Shown: piece by piece, positions 6,978-15,593 of the stretch | Numbering within the stretch: position 1 is the stretch's first letter | Layout: each line of letters starts with the position of its first letter | DNA from: a bacterium | GTDB lineage: Bacteria > UBP7 > UBA6624 | Assembly (NCBI GenBank): GCA_002716355.1 | Contig: PBAU01000013.1 | Location: 1-32,000, forward strand | Direction: 5' to 3' | Length of the DNA: 32,000 bases | The notes under the pieces: model-generated | Database searches by the model: none | Seen by the model: the letters and a program-made list of their open reading frames with translations, nothing else | What the model was told of the DNA's origin: nothing | Made by a program: the position numbers and the translations under genes

Positions 6978-9077
6978 TTAAAAAAAAGAACTTTTCCCAT
7001 ATAAAGCAATCTCAAAAGCTTTTAACTCGTTTATTATCCGGCTTTTTTTTGTTTTTACATGCCATCTCAAAGCAAATTCCCTAAGGGTTTCATGATTTCT
7101 TTTTGACACACCATCTTTTTTAGCCAAGTGTATCCATTTTCGAATCTTCCTTACAAGCAATCTTTTTTTTGAAAAAAAATCAATCTTCCTGATAAAGCGA
7201 ATGAGACCGTAAAAAGAAATCAAGAAAAATAAACCAATCAAATAAATCCTGATATTTGTCCATATTGCATCTAACCTATTGCTCCATGTTAGGAATTCAA
7301 TATTCTCAACCAGATTATCGACTGCTTTTCTGACTTGGCTAAACGCCCCAGCATCTGAATCTGATTGAGATTCACTTGAATTAGCAAGATTGCTTTCAGG
7401 TGTTGGGTCAATTGGAATCCAGCCATGCTCCTCTGACCAAAATTCAACCCAAACATGAGCATCTTTTTCACGAATCAAATAAGATGACTTCCCTGCAATT
7501 TTTTCTCCTCCTTGGTAACCGCCAACTAATCTTGTTTTTATATTCAAAATTCTCCCCATGACACCTAATGCTGAAGCGAACATTTCACACCATCCAGATT
7601 GTGATTCAAATAAAAACCAATCACTTGATTCAAAACCTACTGGCAAAGCATCAGTTTCAAGACTGTACTGCATGTTTTCTCTTAGATAAATGGCGATTCT
7701 TTCCATTTTTTCTATTGAATCTCCCTGTCCAGCAATAGATTCTGTCAACTCAATAACCCTTATCGAGATCTCAGGCAGAGAAAGGTAATCGATATATGGT
7801 TCTACTAATCCATTTGAATTTGGATTTGGTATATTTGGATTCAGCATTGCGCCATATGAAGAATCAAAAGAATCTGTATCCAGAATGCCTGTCTGCAATC
7901 GCTGTCCTTCTGTGAAGATGCTTTCAATTTGATAATTGAAATCTGCTTGCGTTTCAAAAGGGGTCAAAATAGCGCTATTAGGTGATTGATTCAAATATAA
8001 ATTTGAAATTGATAAAAAATTATTTATAGGCCCAAATGAGATACGATTCGGTATCCATGGTGTAAACAAAAAATTCCCATGGCTTTTCAAAAAGGTAACC
8101 GATCTATTTATTTTGATTAAATTTTGATCATTTTTCTCAAAATCAAAATACCTATACTCTTCAGGCTTTATATTAAAACCATTAATTGAAGTGTTTGAAT
8201 GTATAGACCTGGTTGACCTTCTAGAAGATTCCCATGATGACCCTGCAAAAACATCAAAAACCACACCTCTCCAATAGGTTGATGGGCCAGTAACCTCTAA
8301 AGCTGGCTCTTCGCTTAAATGAACATTCTCCTTTCTGCTTAAATTTAAAAATGGAGAAAATCCAGAATAAAAACTTCTTGGCACAATATCTGAAGAAAAA
8401 TTTGTATATCTATAAGGTGTTATGTTCTCGACTCCAACTTGAACATCTCCACCCAAATTTCTAATAATTTTCGATGGAGCAATTGATTCAGAAACAACAA
8501 CAAGCCCGAAGACTATAAAAAGCAATCTTGCAATATACCTTTTGAATACAAAAAACCATTCATTTTGAATTCTTTTATCCTCATCCGTGCGAACCAACAT
8601 TGGGCAACCTGTAATTAATCCGATAATAACAATAGATAAAATTATTGCATTAAATGTAAATAGAGACGATGGTGAAACACCAGCAACAAATACAGCAACA
8701 CTAAAAGGTATCAATGAAAAAAATTTAATATCCCTGGCATTAACTAATTTAAATGTATAAAGAATCAAAAACAAGGGCAGAATGTCTGAGAGAAAATCAT
8801 AAACAGACACACCATTTTTAAAACTTTCTGAAATCTTAATGTAAAACAAAATAGCTGCAACAACCTCAACAAACCATCCGGCAATATTGGTCCATTTCTG
8901 CGTTGAAATAAATCTAGAAAACAACAATCCCAAAACACAAGGAACTAATATTTTTGATAGAGCCATACCCATGCCATAAGATTGCGAAAAGATAACGGAA
9001 GTGGTGCAAATCATCAAAATTAACAAAAGCTCCAATGCGGCCCTTCTGCCTCTAGCCTGAACAAAAAAATATTTCAT
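6978..9077 (-). CDS. Polytopic membrane transglutaminase-like protein (TgpA/DUF3488-like, 699 aa)
   Basis: The N-terminus has about 6 TM helices, followed by a large extracytoplasmic region. Transglutaminase core is GWCEMF (Cys497) ... DAHVWVE (His541) ... IPIDPT (Asp557), followed by a C-terminal TM helix. The start overlaps the DUF58 stop as ATGA. Confidence 0.85.
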   Translation of the reverse strand: MKYFFVQARGRRAALELLLILMICTTSVIFSQSYGMGMALSKILVPCVLGLLFSRFISTQKWTNIAGWFVEVVAAILFYIKISESFKNGVSVYDFLSDILPLFLILYTFKLVNARDIKFFSLIPFSVAVFVAGVSPSSLFTFNAIILSIVIIGLITGCPMLVRTDEDKRIQNEWFFVFKRYIARLLFIVFGLVVVSESIAPSKIIRNLGGDVQVGVENITPYRYTNFSSDIVPRSFYSGFSPFLNLSRKENVHLSEEPALEVTGPSTYWRGVVFDVFAGSSWESSRRSTRSIHSNTSINGFNIKPEEYRYFDFEKNDQNLIKINRSVTFLKSHGNFLFTPWIPNRISFGPINNFLSISNLYLNQSPNSAILTPFETQADFNYQIESIFTEGQRLQTGILDTDSFDSSYGAMLNPNIPNPNSNGLVEPYIDYLSLPEISIRVIELTESIAGQGDSIEKMERIAIYLRENMQYSLETDALPVGFESSDWFLFESQSGWCEMFASALGVMGRILNIKTRLVGGYQGGEKIAGKSSYLIREKDAHVWVEFWSEEHGWIPIDPTPESNLANSSESQSDSDAGAFSQVRKAVDNLVENIEFLTWSNRLDAIWTNIRIYLIGLFFLISFYGLIRFIRKIDFFSKKRLLVRKIRKWIHLAKKDGVSKRNHETLREFALRWHVKTKKSRIINELKAFEIALYGKSSFF

Positions 9078-10183
9078 AAATCAGAAACCCAGTATTGAGA
9101 TTTTTTTTTCCAAAAGATTGAAACATTGTCACCAGTTGGTATTTTTTGTGGTGTCAAAATTCCAAAAGACTGTGTTGGGATTTTGACTTCACTAGGCAAT
9201 ATGAACAAAGAGTTACCGACATGTTTTTTCGGCGTGAAATCCTGGTTGGAAAAATCTTTTGGCAAAAGAGCCAATGAATGAAATATCTTATTTAAAATGC
9301 TTTCTCCATCAGAAGGCATAATCCTTACAACTTCATCCCCCTCATAAAGAAAACCAACAGGATATTTTCTGGAAGCCCAAAATGATGCCCATGCAGCAGC
9401 AATTTTGATTCCGTTTTCCCAATGGTCATGAGAGTCCCAACCTTTGTTGCTTAATCTTATCCAGGCACCAATCCCTTCAAGATGGTGGAATTTTTTAACC
9501 ATTAATTGCCCTGTTTTTTCAGAACTTACCCTGTCAATATTCTTTAAAGAGTCTCCAAAAACATACTTGCGTATACCTAAAAAATCCTGACTTGATCCTT
9601 CCCTTTCAACCATGCTCCCATCCTCAACCTGGAAAGGCAAGCCAAAACCTAAAGGTTGTCTTTCATTAATCTTCACCTGTATTCTTTGAGGATAAATAAT
9701 TATTTTTTCAGATTGGTTAATTTTTAAATTTCTGCTCACCAATCCAAAACAATCTTTCCAAATTAAATTTACATTTAAAGAATCAGTTACACCTCTTTTT
9801 TTTCTTTTGAAAACGCCTAAAACGCCTTCTTTGATGCTTTCATCAGTGCCAGGGTTAACTGAAACTTTAATTTTTTTATTTTCTTTATCTTTGCAATAAA
9901 TACTTAATCCATTCCAAGCTGCACTGCCAAGCTTCTCTAAAGAATATCGAATTTTGCTTTCCTCATAAGCGAAAATTTCTTTTGGGAATACAACCTTGAA
10001 ACCTTGTGGGTCAGACAAACGCTTAATCTCGATAAAACCCGAGACGACCAGAGAAACCAAGATAAAAGAAATAATTTCTAAACCTTTAATTCCCAAAACA
10101 TTATGTCCAAACTGATACAAAATAAACGCAAGAAAGACAACCGTCAAACCTTGTGGAGTAAACCCCGGTTTTGAATTTAGCAT
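9074..10183 (-). CDS. DUF58 domain protein (MoxR-associated)
   Basis: Two N-terminal TM helices. DUF58-type motif DFLGIRKYVFGDSLKNIDRVSSEKTGQLMVKKF. Sits between MoxR and the transglutaminase, as in canonical MoxR-DUF58-TGase operons. Overlaps the MoxR stop by 1 nt (TAATG). Confidence 0.8.
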   Translation of the reverse strand: MLNSKPGFTPQGLTVVFLAFILYQFGHNVLGIKGLEIISFILVSLVVSGFIEIKRLSDPQGFKVVFPKEIFAYEESKIRYSLEKLGSAAWNGLSIYCKDKENKKIKVSVNPGTDESIKEGVLGVFKRKKRGVTDSLNVNLIWKDCFGLVSRNLKINQSEKIIIYPQRIQVKINERQPLGFGLPFQVEDGSMVEREGSSQDFLGIRKYVFGDSLKNIDRVSSEKTGQLMVKKFHHLEGIGAWIRLSNKGWDSHDHWENGIKIAAAWASFWASRKYPVGFLYEGDEVVRIMPSDGESILNKIFHSLALLPKDFSNQDFTPKKHVGNSLFILPSEVKIPTQSFGILTPQKIPTGDNVSIFWKKKSQYWVSDL

Positions 10184-11106
10184 TATGCTATAGGAGCCGG
10201 TATGCTTTGAAGTATTTCTTTTATCTTGTCTTGACTTCTGCTTAAAGAACCACCGTCATCCATCATTCTGTGAGCAAGAACTGGAATTGCTAACTCTTTT
10301 ACATCGTCTGGTAAAACGTAATCCCTTCCTTTCACCCAGGCTCTAGACCTTGCCACTCTTGACAAAACAATAGCACCCCTAGTGCTTACCCCTATTAGCG
10401 AATTGTTTTCTCTGGTCAGTCTAACTAAATCAACAATATAACTTTGAACCAAATCACTAATATGAACTTTTCTTGCTGCATCTATACATTGCTTAACTTT
10501 AGAAACATCAAAACAAACCTTCAAGTCATTTAATGGATGTTTATCATTTTGTGAATTTAATATTTCAATTTCACTCTTCTTGTCAGCGTAGCCTAATGTA
10601 ACCCTGGCAGCAAACCTATCCAATTGAGCACATGGAAGCTGAAACACTCCTTCATGCTCAACTGGATTCTGAGTTGCAATTACCAAAAAAGGATCTGGCA
10701 AATCTCTCGTGATGCCATCAACAGTTATTTGTCTTTCCTCCATTGATTCCAGCATTGCAGATAAAGTTTTTGGAGATGCTCTATTTATCTCATCAGCCAA
10801 AACGATACTGGAAAAAAGTGGACCTTTGGAAAATTCAAAACCACTTCTATCTGTTTTCATAACTGTTGAACCAGTTAAATCACTAGGCAGCAGGTCAGGG
10901 GTCATTTGAATCCTTTTAAAATCTAAACCAAATGTTTTTGAGATCGCTTTTGCCAAAACCGTTTTGCCTGTTCCCGGAACATCTTCAATTAAAACGTGCC
11001 CTTCAGCAAATAAAACAGTAACAATAAGCTCTATCTCATTTTTTTTTCCAAAAACAACATTTTGCAAGCTTTGCAATAGTGAATCAACTTCTTTCTGAAT
11101 TGTCAT
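10183..11106 (-). CDS. MoxR-family AAA+ ATPase
   Basis: 307 aa. Walker A EDVPGTGKT, Walker B VLADEINRASPKT, and a MoxR-typical C-terminal half (GVSTRGAIVL...LAHR). Confidence 0.9.
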   Translation of the reverse strand: MTIQKEVDSLLQSLQNVVFGKKNEIELIVTVLFAEGHVLIEDVPGTGKTVLAKAISKTFGLDFKRIQMTPDLLPSDLTGSTVMKTDRSGFEFSKGPLFSSIVLADEINRASPKTLSAMLESMEERQITVDGITRDLPDPFLVIATQNPVEHEGVFQLPCAQLDRFAARVTLGYADKKSEIEILNSQNDKHPLNDLKVCFDVSKVKQCIDAARKVHISDLVQSYIVDLVRLTRENNSLIGVSTRGAIVLSRVARSRAWVKGRDYVLPDDVKELAIPVLAHRMMDDGGSLSRSQDKIKEILQSIPAPIA

Positions 11107-11124
11107 GAGTCCAATTTGTATATT

Positions 11125-12531
11125 TTACACAGCTCCTTTTCTATTTACAACAGCAGGAAGTGTCAATATTAAAATTTTTATATCTTGCCAAGGTGACCAA
11201 TTTTGGACGTACCATGTATCCAGTCTCACCCTTGCATCATAAGATAAATTGCTTCTTCCTGAAACTTGCCATAAACCAGTAATTCCAGGTTTAGCTGAAA
11301 GCAATAAATCCTGCCAATCTCCATATCTTTGCAGCTCTTCATTTACAACCGGCCTAGGTCCAACAAGACTCATATCGCCCAAGACAACATTTAAAAATTG
11401 CGGAAGCTCGTCTAGACTCGTTTTTCTCAAAAAAGAACCGAGTTTAGTAATTCTGGGATCTTTTGCTATTTTATGATTTTTGTCAAATTCATCCTTTAAA
11501 TGAGGACTATCTTGGAAAACCTGCTCTAATGTTAAATTTTGCATTGTTCTGAATTTAAAAAGATTAAATTTTCTTCCAGACCTTCCTAATCTTGCATGCA
11601 TAAAAAAGGGATTGTGTCTATCTATCACCAAAATTAAAACAGCGGTAATTAACATGATTGGCAAGAATAACATAAACAAAAACAAACCTATGGAAAAATC
11701 AAAAAATCTTTTTGATATTCTTGCCGGTAAACCAACAAGTGAAAAATGGTCCCCGATCAAAGGAAGGCCTATTTCATCAACTGATATAAAGCCATAACCC
11801 TCCAGTCTAGGGAGTGTTTTTATTGGGATATCCCAACGATATCCAGCATATTTAATCAACCTTAAATTTTCCTGGCTGATTGTCTCCTCAACAATCCCCA
11901 TATAAACAAGCTTGCCTTCTTTCATCATCTCTATTTTTTTAATATTTTCAGCATTAATGGCAATCTTTCTAACTTTTACCTGAATATACCTAATATTAAA
12001 AATATTATCAATAAGTGCAAAATCTTGATCATTGCCAAACCACCACACTTCTGTTTTGATGCCTCTAGAAGCAATGATCCTGCGATAAACCCAAGACAGT
12101 AAATCATGATTCAATTGCAAAACCACTATCGCAAAAAACCACCAACTTAAAAAACGACCCGCTGGGGCAAACGGAGTCAAAAACATGGAATCAAAAAAAG
12201 ATTCAAACTCATTGGATGGAAATGAAAAAACAAAAAAGCCCCTCAGGAAAAACAACACGCAGAGGGAAATGGTTACAGAAGGAAAGGCCAGGCTCCAGGA
12301 TGAGAATGGCCTTAAATGCTTTTTAATTGGAAAATAAGCTTTTTTGTATGATTTTAAAAAAATACAAATCAAAGGCACAATCATCCCACTTAAGGGGATT
12401 GTTTCATCCAAACGAACATATACAGTGTCCGAAAAAGGGTTATAGCGACTTAAAACCAACAAATCCCAAAGCTTAAAAAGCAAAAAATAATCAAGCAATG
12501 CATGAAATATTTTTAAAAGCTCTCTCTTCAT
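11125..12531 (-). CDS. Polyprenyl-phosphate glycosyl-1-phosphate (priming) sugar transferase, WbaP/EpsL-type
   Basis: 468 aa with an N-terminal multi-TM region. The C-terminal bacterial sugar transferase domain reads LGRSGRKFNLFKFRTM...DELPQFLNVVLGDMSLVGPRP...PGITGLWQVSGRS. Confidence 0.9.
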   Translation of the reverse strand: MKRELLKIFHALLDYFLLFKLWDLLVLSRYNPFSDTVYVRLDETIPLSGMIVPLICIFLKSYKKAYFPIKKHLRPFSSWSLAFPSVTISLCVLFFLRGFFVFSFPSNEFESFFDSMFLTPFAPAGRFLSWWFFAIVVLQLNHDLLSWVYRRIIASRGIKTEVWWFGNDQDFALIDNIFNIRYIQVKVRKIAINAENIKKIEMMKEGKLVYMGIVEETISQENLRLIKYAGYRWDIPIKTLPRLEGYGFISVDEIGLPLIGDHFSLVGLPARISKRFFDFSIGLFLFMLFLPIMLITAVLILVIDRHNPFFMHARLGRSGRKFNLFKFRTMQNLTLEQVFQDSPHLKDEFDKNHKIAKDPRITKLGSFLRKTSLDELPQFLNVVLGDMSLVGPRPVVNEELQRYGDWQDLLLSAKPGITGLWQVSGRSNLSYDARVRLDTWYVQNWSPWQDIKILILTLPAVVNRKGAV

Positions 12532-12536
12532 AAACG

Positions 12537-13622
12537 CTATCCTGCTACCTTTATGGTTGATTTTATATTCTCTGCAAATCTATCTGAGCTGAATTTCAAA
12601 GCTTGATCCCTGCAGGCATCTGGAGATATTTTCAAATCTTCAAACCTCTCAATAGCATCATTTAAAGAATGATGATCGTCATTCTCGTAAAAAATACCAC
12701 TTTCGTCATTCTTGATGGTTTCAAGAGCTCCGCCTTGCCCTAAAGCAACAACAGGCGTACCACATGCCATTGCCTCAACGGGCACGAGTCCGAAATCCTC
12801 TACAGAAGTAAAAATCAAAGCTTTAGAGCTTCTATAAAGATGCCTTAACTTCTCATCACTTAAATTAGCCAAAAAATTAATATTGCTGTATTTTTGAACA
12901 TTAGGATAATCGATTTTTCCACTTCCAACTATGGTTATATTTTTTTTGTTCCTAACAAAAGCGTCTATAGCTGTGTTTATTCGCTTATACGGTACAAATC
13001 TACTAACAAGAAGATAACCATCTCTCTTCTTGGCTTTTGCTGGTTTGAAAAACCTTGTGTCGACTGGTGGGTAAATAACTTTTGAATCCCTTTTTAAATA
13101 CTTTTTAATCCTTCTTGAAACAAATTTAGAAATTGCTATAAATTGGTCGACTTGTTTTGATTTTTCAAACTCCCATTTTTTAATTCTTGGATGTATGTAA
13201 TCAAAAAACATTGCTGCAGCGCCACTTAAAGAATCTCTGTAAACACTCTTTTGATCGCTAATCCAACGTATAGGGCTGTAGCAATAACAATAATGGTAAG
13301 TTTCTTCTGAGACGTTGATCCCTTTAATAAATCCATGGCAATTTGAAATATGAACCTTGGATGTAACTGTTGGCAATTGCTCTACCGCGTGCTTTCCAAG
13401 CATTGGAATTAACTTTCTGTAGTTTTTTTTCATAGTGGGAATATTATTCAAATAACTAAAATAAAAATTTTCATCCTCTAATAAGGATTTCCATTTTTTC
13501 TGATCGGCCCACAAGCAATATAAATCTGATTTTGGAAAAATTTTCAAAAGCTCTAGGAAAACCCTCTCGCTGCCCGCATGGTCGCCAAGCCATGGATGAG
13601 ATATCGAAAAATCAGATTTCAT
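12537..13622 (-). CDS. Glycosyltransferase, GT4 family (GT-B fold)
   Basis: 361 aa. The C-terminal retaining-GT signature is SVEDFGLVPVEAMACGTPVVALGQGGALE. Confidence 0.85.
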   Translation of the reverse strand: MKSDFSISHPWLGDHAGSERVFLELLKIFPKSDLYCLWADQKKWKSLLEDENFYFSYLNNIPTMKKNYRKLIPMLGKHAVEQLPTVTSKVHISNCHGFIKGINVSEETYHYCYCYSPIRWISDQKSVYRDSLSGAAAMFFDYIHPRIKKWEFEKSKQVDQFIAISKFVSRRIKKYLKRDSKVIYPPVDTRFFKPAKAKKRDGYLLVSRFVPYKRINTAIDAFVRNKKNITIVGSGKIDYPNVQKYSNINFLANLSDEKLRHLYRSSKALIFTSVEDFGLVPVEAMACGTPVVALGQGGALETIKNDESGIFYENDDHHSLNDAIERFEDLKISPDACRDQALKFSSDRFAENIKSTIKVAG

Positions 13623-14541
13623 ACCAATTAAAATATTCTTTTAGTACATTTTCCCAGCTAAAGACTTTAACTATTTTATTTTGTTTTTTTGTCCAGCTAA
13701 TGTAATTTTTTTTTACGTTATGAAGCATTTCATCATGATTCCAATCAGGAAAGTCATTTTTTTTAAAAGGTGGCTTGTATGGAGGTGGTGAAAGCACTGG
13801 GATACCCATCTTTAGCAATGACAATAACGTTGTTCTTCTTGGTGACGTACCGTCTGCAAAAGGCAAAATTCCAATATCTCCCCATTTTATTTCACCTGCT
13901 ATCTCCTCAATAGAACAATTTTGTCTTAATTCAACATCTGTACATCCAGCAAGAAAGCTCTTTAAATTTAAATTATCTTTACTGTTGGTAAACACAACTG
14001 GCTGATCCCAACCCAAATCCACAGAGTAATTAAACAATTCAGACAAGGTGTCTATGTCCTTGCTTTTAGAAAAAAATCCAAAAAAAACTAACCTAAATTT
14101 TTGAGGTTTTATATCTTGTCTCAAAACAGCATCAAAAGAAGAACCTATAGGAAGGTAAGTTTTTGATTCAGGATTATTTTTAAAAAGGGGACATGCTAAC
14201 ATTTCAAATTGGTCAGAAAATCCAATTTTTTTTGACATTATTCCCAATATTGAATATTGAATTTTCCTCAATAAAGAAGCAAGGCTCCATTCGTGCAACA
14301 TTAAATATCTTTTACTTTTGGGAACCTGGGCATAAATTTTTATTTGCTCAAATTCATTTCTCCAACCTTTGCTTGGGGCGTGAAGATGAACAATTTCATC
14401 TTTTTTTAATTTAAATTCTTCATTCAAAGATGGATGCCAAACTCTTGAGCATGAACCCATCTGACGGCTTAAAGATTTGACAAAATCTCCAACTCCGCAC
14501 TTGCCTTTATCAACAGTGCCCACAATATGAACGATTTTCAT
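13612..14541 (-). CDS. Divergent GT-B-like glycosyltransferase (309 aa)
   Basis: The N-terminus MKIVHIVGTVDKGKCGVGDFV resembles GT4 N-terminal domains. The C-terminal PFADGTSPRRTTLLSLLKMGIPVLS replaces the usual E-x7-E motif. ATGA overlap with the upstream gene and an 11-nt overlap with the downstream gene. Confidence 0.55.
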   Translation of the reverse strand: MKIVHIVGTVDKGKCGVGDFVKSLSRQMGSCSRVWHPSLNEEFKLKKDEIVHLHAPSKGWRNEFEQIKIYAQVPKSKRYLMLHEWSLASLLRKIQYSILGIMSKKIGFSDQFEMLACPLFKNNPESKTYLPIGSSFDAVLRQDIKPQKFRLVFFGFFSKSKDIDTLSELFNYSVDLGWDQPVVFTNSKDNLNLKSFLAGCTDVELRQNCSIEEIAGEIKWGDIGILPFADGTSPRRTTLLSLLKMGIPVLSPPPYKPPFKKNDFPDWNHDEMLHNVKKNYISWTKKQNKIVKVFSWENVLKEYFNWYEI

Positions 14542-15593
14542 TTATTTACCTCTTTAAATATGCATTTAAATGCTTGCTTTATATCGTTTCCTTTTATTTT
14601 ATCCAACTGCAATTTTGCCTTTTCGTTAACGGCTCTGTATTGCTCTTCAGTCAAATTGCAAGAATTTTTGATGCTTGAAACAAGGCTTGATATTGTTGGG
14701 GCAAAATAATCAACTGCACTTCCCCCTACCTCTCTTGAAACCTCAGTATCAAGAGCACAAACTGGAATTCCAGCAACCATGCCTTCGACAATTGGCAAGC
14801 CAAAGCCTTCAATTTCAGATGGATAAACAAGGCAGTCAACATTAGCTAAGATCTTCCTTAAATTCTGATCAGTGCAATCCTGATGCCAGGCAACACCTAA
14901 ATTATTTGCTTTTTTCAAAACCGAAAAAGATTCTTTTCCACAGTAACCAACCCACTCCATGGAATATCCATCATCAACCAGTAAAGAAAAAGCTTCCAAC
15001 AGTAAATCTAACTTTTTTCTGGGGGAAATTGCGCCCAGGTATAAGATTCTTTTTTGACATGTAGTAAAACTCCTTTGGGAATTTTTTTCAAGCAAACCAT
15101 CTATGCTTGGGTAAAAATGAAGAAACTTCCCCTTTGGAAAAATTTTTTTCAATTGTTGACATGACCATGCAGAATCAGAAAAGACAAAACTTGCTTTGGA
15201 AATACTTTTTGGAGTTCTCAACTTAAACCAAAATTTGGCTTTCCAGTCTAAATCATTTGGGAATAACCAAGGTATAGGGTCATGGACTGTTAAAAATACA
15301 GGGCATGAAAAATCATATTGTGGCAAAGTCCAATCAGGAGACCAGAAAGCTGACATGGCTCTATGCTCTTTTTTCAAAATACCGGGCAATATTAAAACTT
15401 CCCATAAAGGCCTTGCGACACCCTCTCTAACAATCAGTCTTTGAGATTCTTTAAATAAATTACAAATATTATTTGGGATCTTTTTTCTAGAAACAAAAGT
15501 TACATTGCCTGGACTGAACCTTATAACATCACGAACATAACGACCAATGCCTCCGGTGAGAGTGCAAGAGGATATGTCAATAAAAAGAGACAT
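14538..15593 (-). CDS. Glycosyltransferase, GT4 family
   Basis: SEIEGFGLPIVEGMVAGIPVCALD motif. I place the start at the ATG at 15591-15593 (MSLFIDIS), 1-nt overlap with the upstream TGA. The ORF-track start at 15596 is a TTG one codon earlier. Confidence 0.85.
   Translation of the reverse strand: MSLFIDISSCTLTGGIGRYVRDVIRFSPGNVTFVSRKKIPNNICNLFKESQRLIVREGVARPLWEVLILPGILKKEHRAMSAFWSPDWTLPQYDFSCPVFLTVHDPIPWLFPNDLDWKAKFWFKLRTPKSISKASFVFSDSAWSCQQLKKIFPKGKFLHFYPSIDGLLEKNSQRSFTTCQKRILYLGAISPRKKLDLLLEAFSLLVDDGYSMEWVGYCGKESFSVLKKANNLGVAWHQDCTDQNLRKILANVDCLVYPSEIEGFGLPIVEGMVAGIPVCALDTEVSREVGGSAVDYFAPTISSLVSSIKNSCNLTEEQYRAVNEKAKLQLDKIKGNDIKQAFKCIFKEVNK

Noticed and set aside
7163-7179. T8-G-A8 perfect palindrome inside the transglutaminase gene, considered as a terminator or recombination site.
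   Set aside because: It lies within the reading frame (DFFSKKR). An all-A:U stem would be very weak and there is no flanking GC stem, so it is most likely coincidental.
7043-14233. Numerous A/T homopolymers of 8-9 nt inside coding regions (for example 7043-7050, 9101-9109, 9796-9803, 11039-11047, 12940-12947, 13423-13430, 13706-13714, 13757-13764, 14226-14233), considered as slipped-strand phase-variation switches for the GT genes.
   Set aside because: They encode Lys/Phe runs (AAA/TTT codons), which are expected in a very AT-rich genome. All are in frame in this sequence, and a single sequence cannot show length polymorphism. This would need population or metagenome read data.
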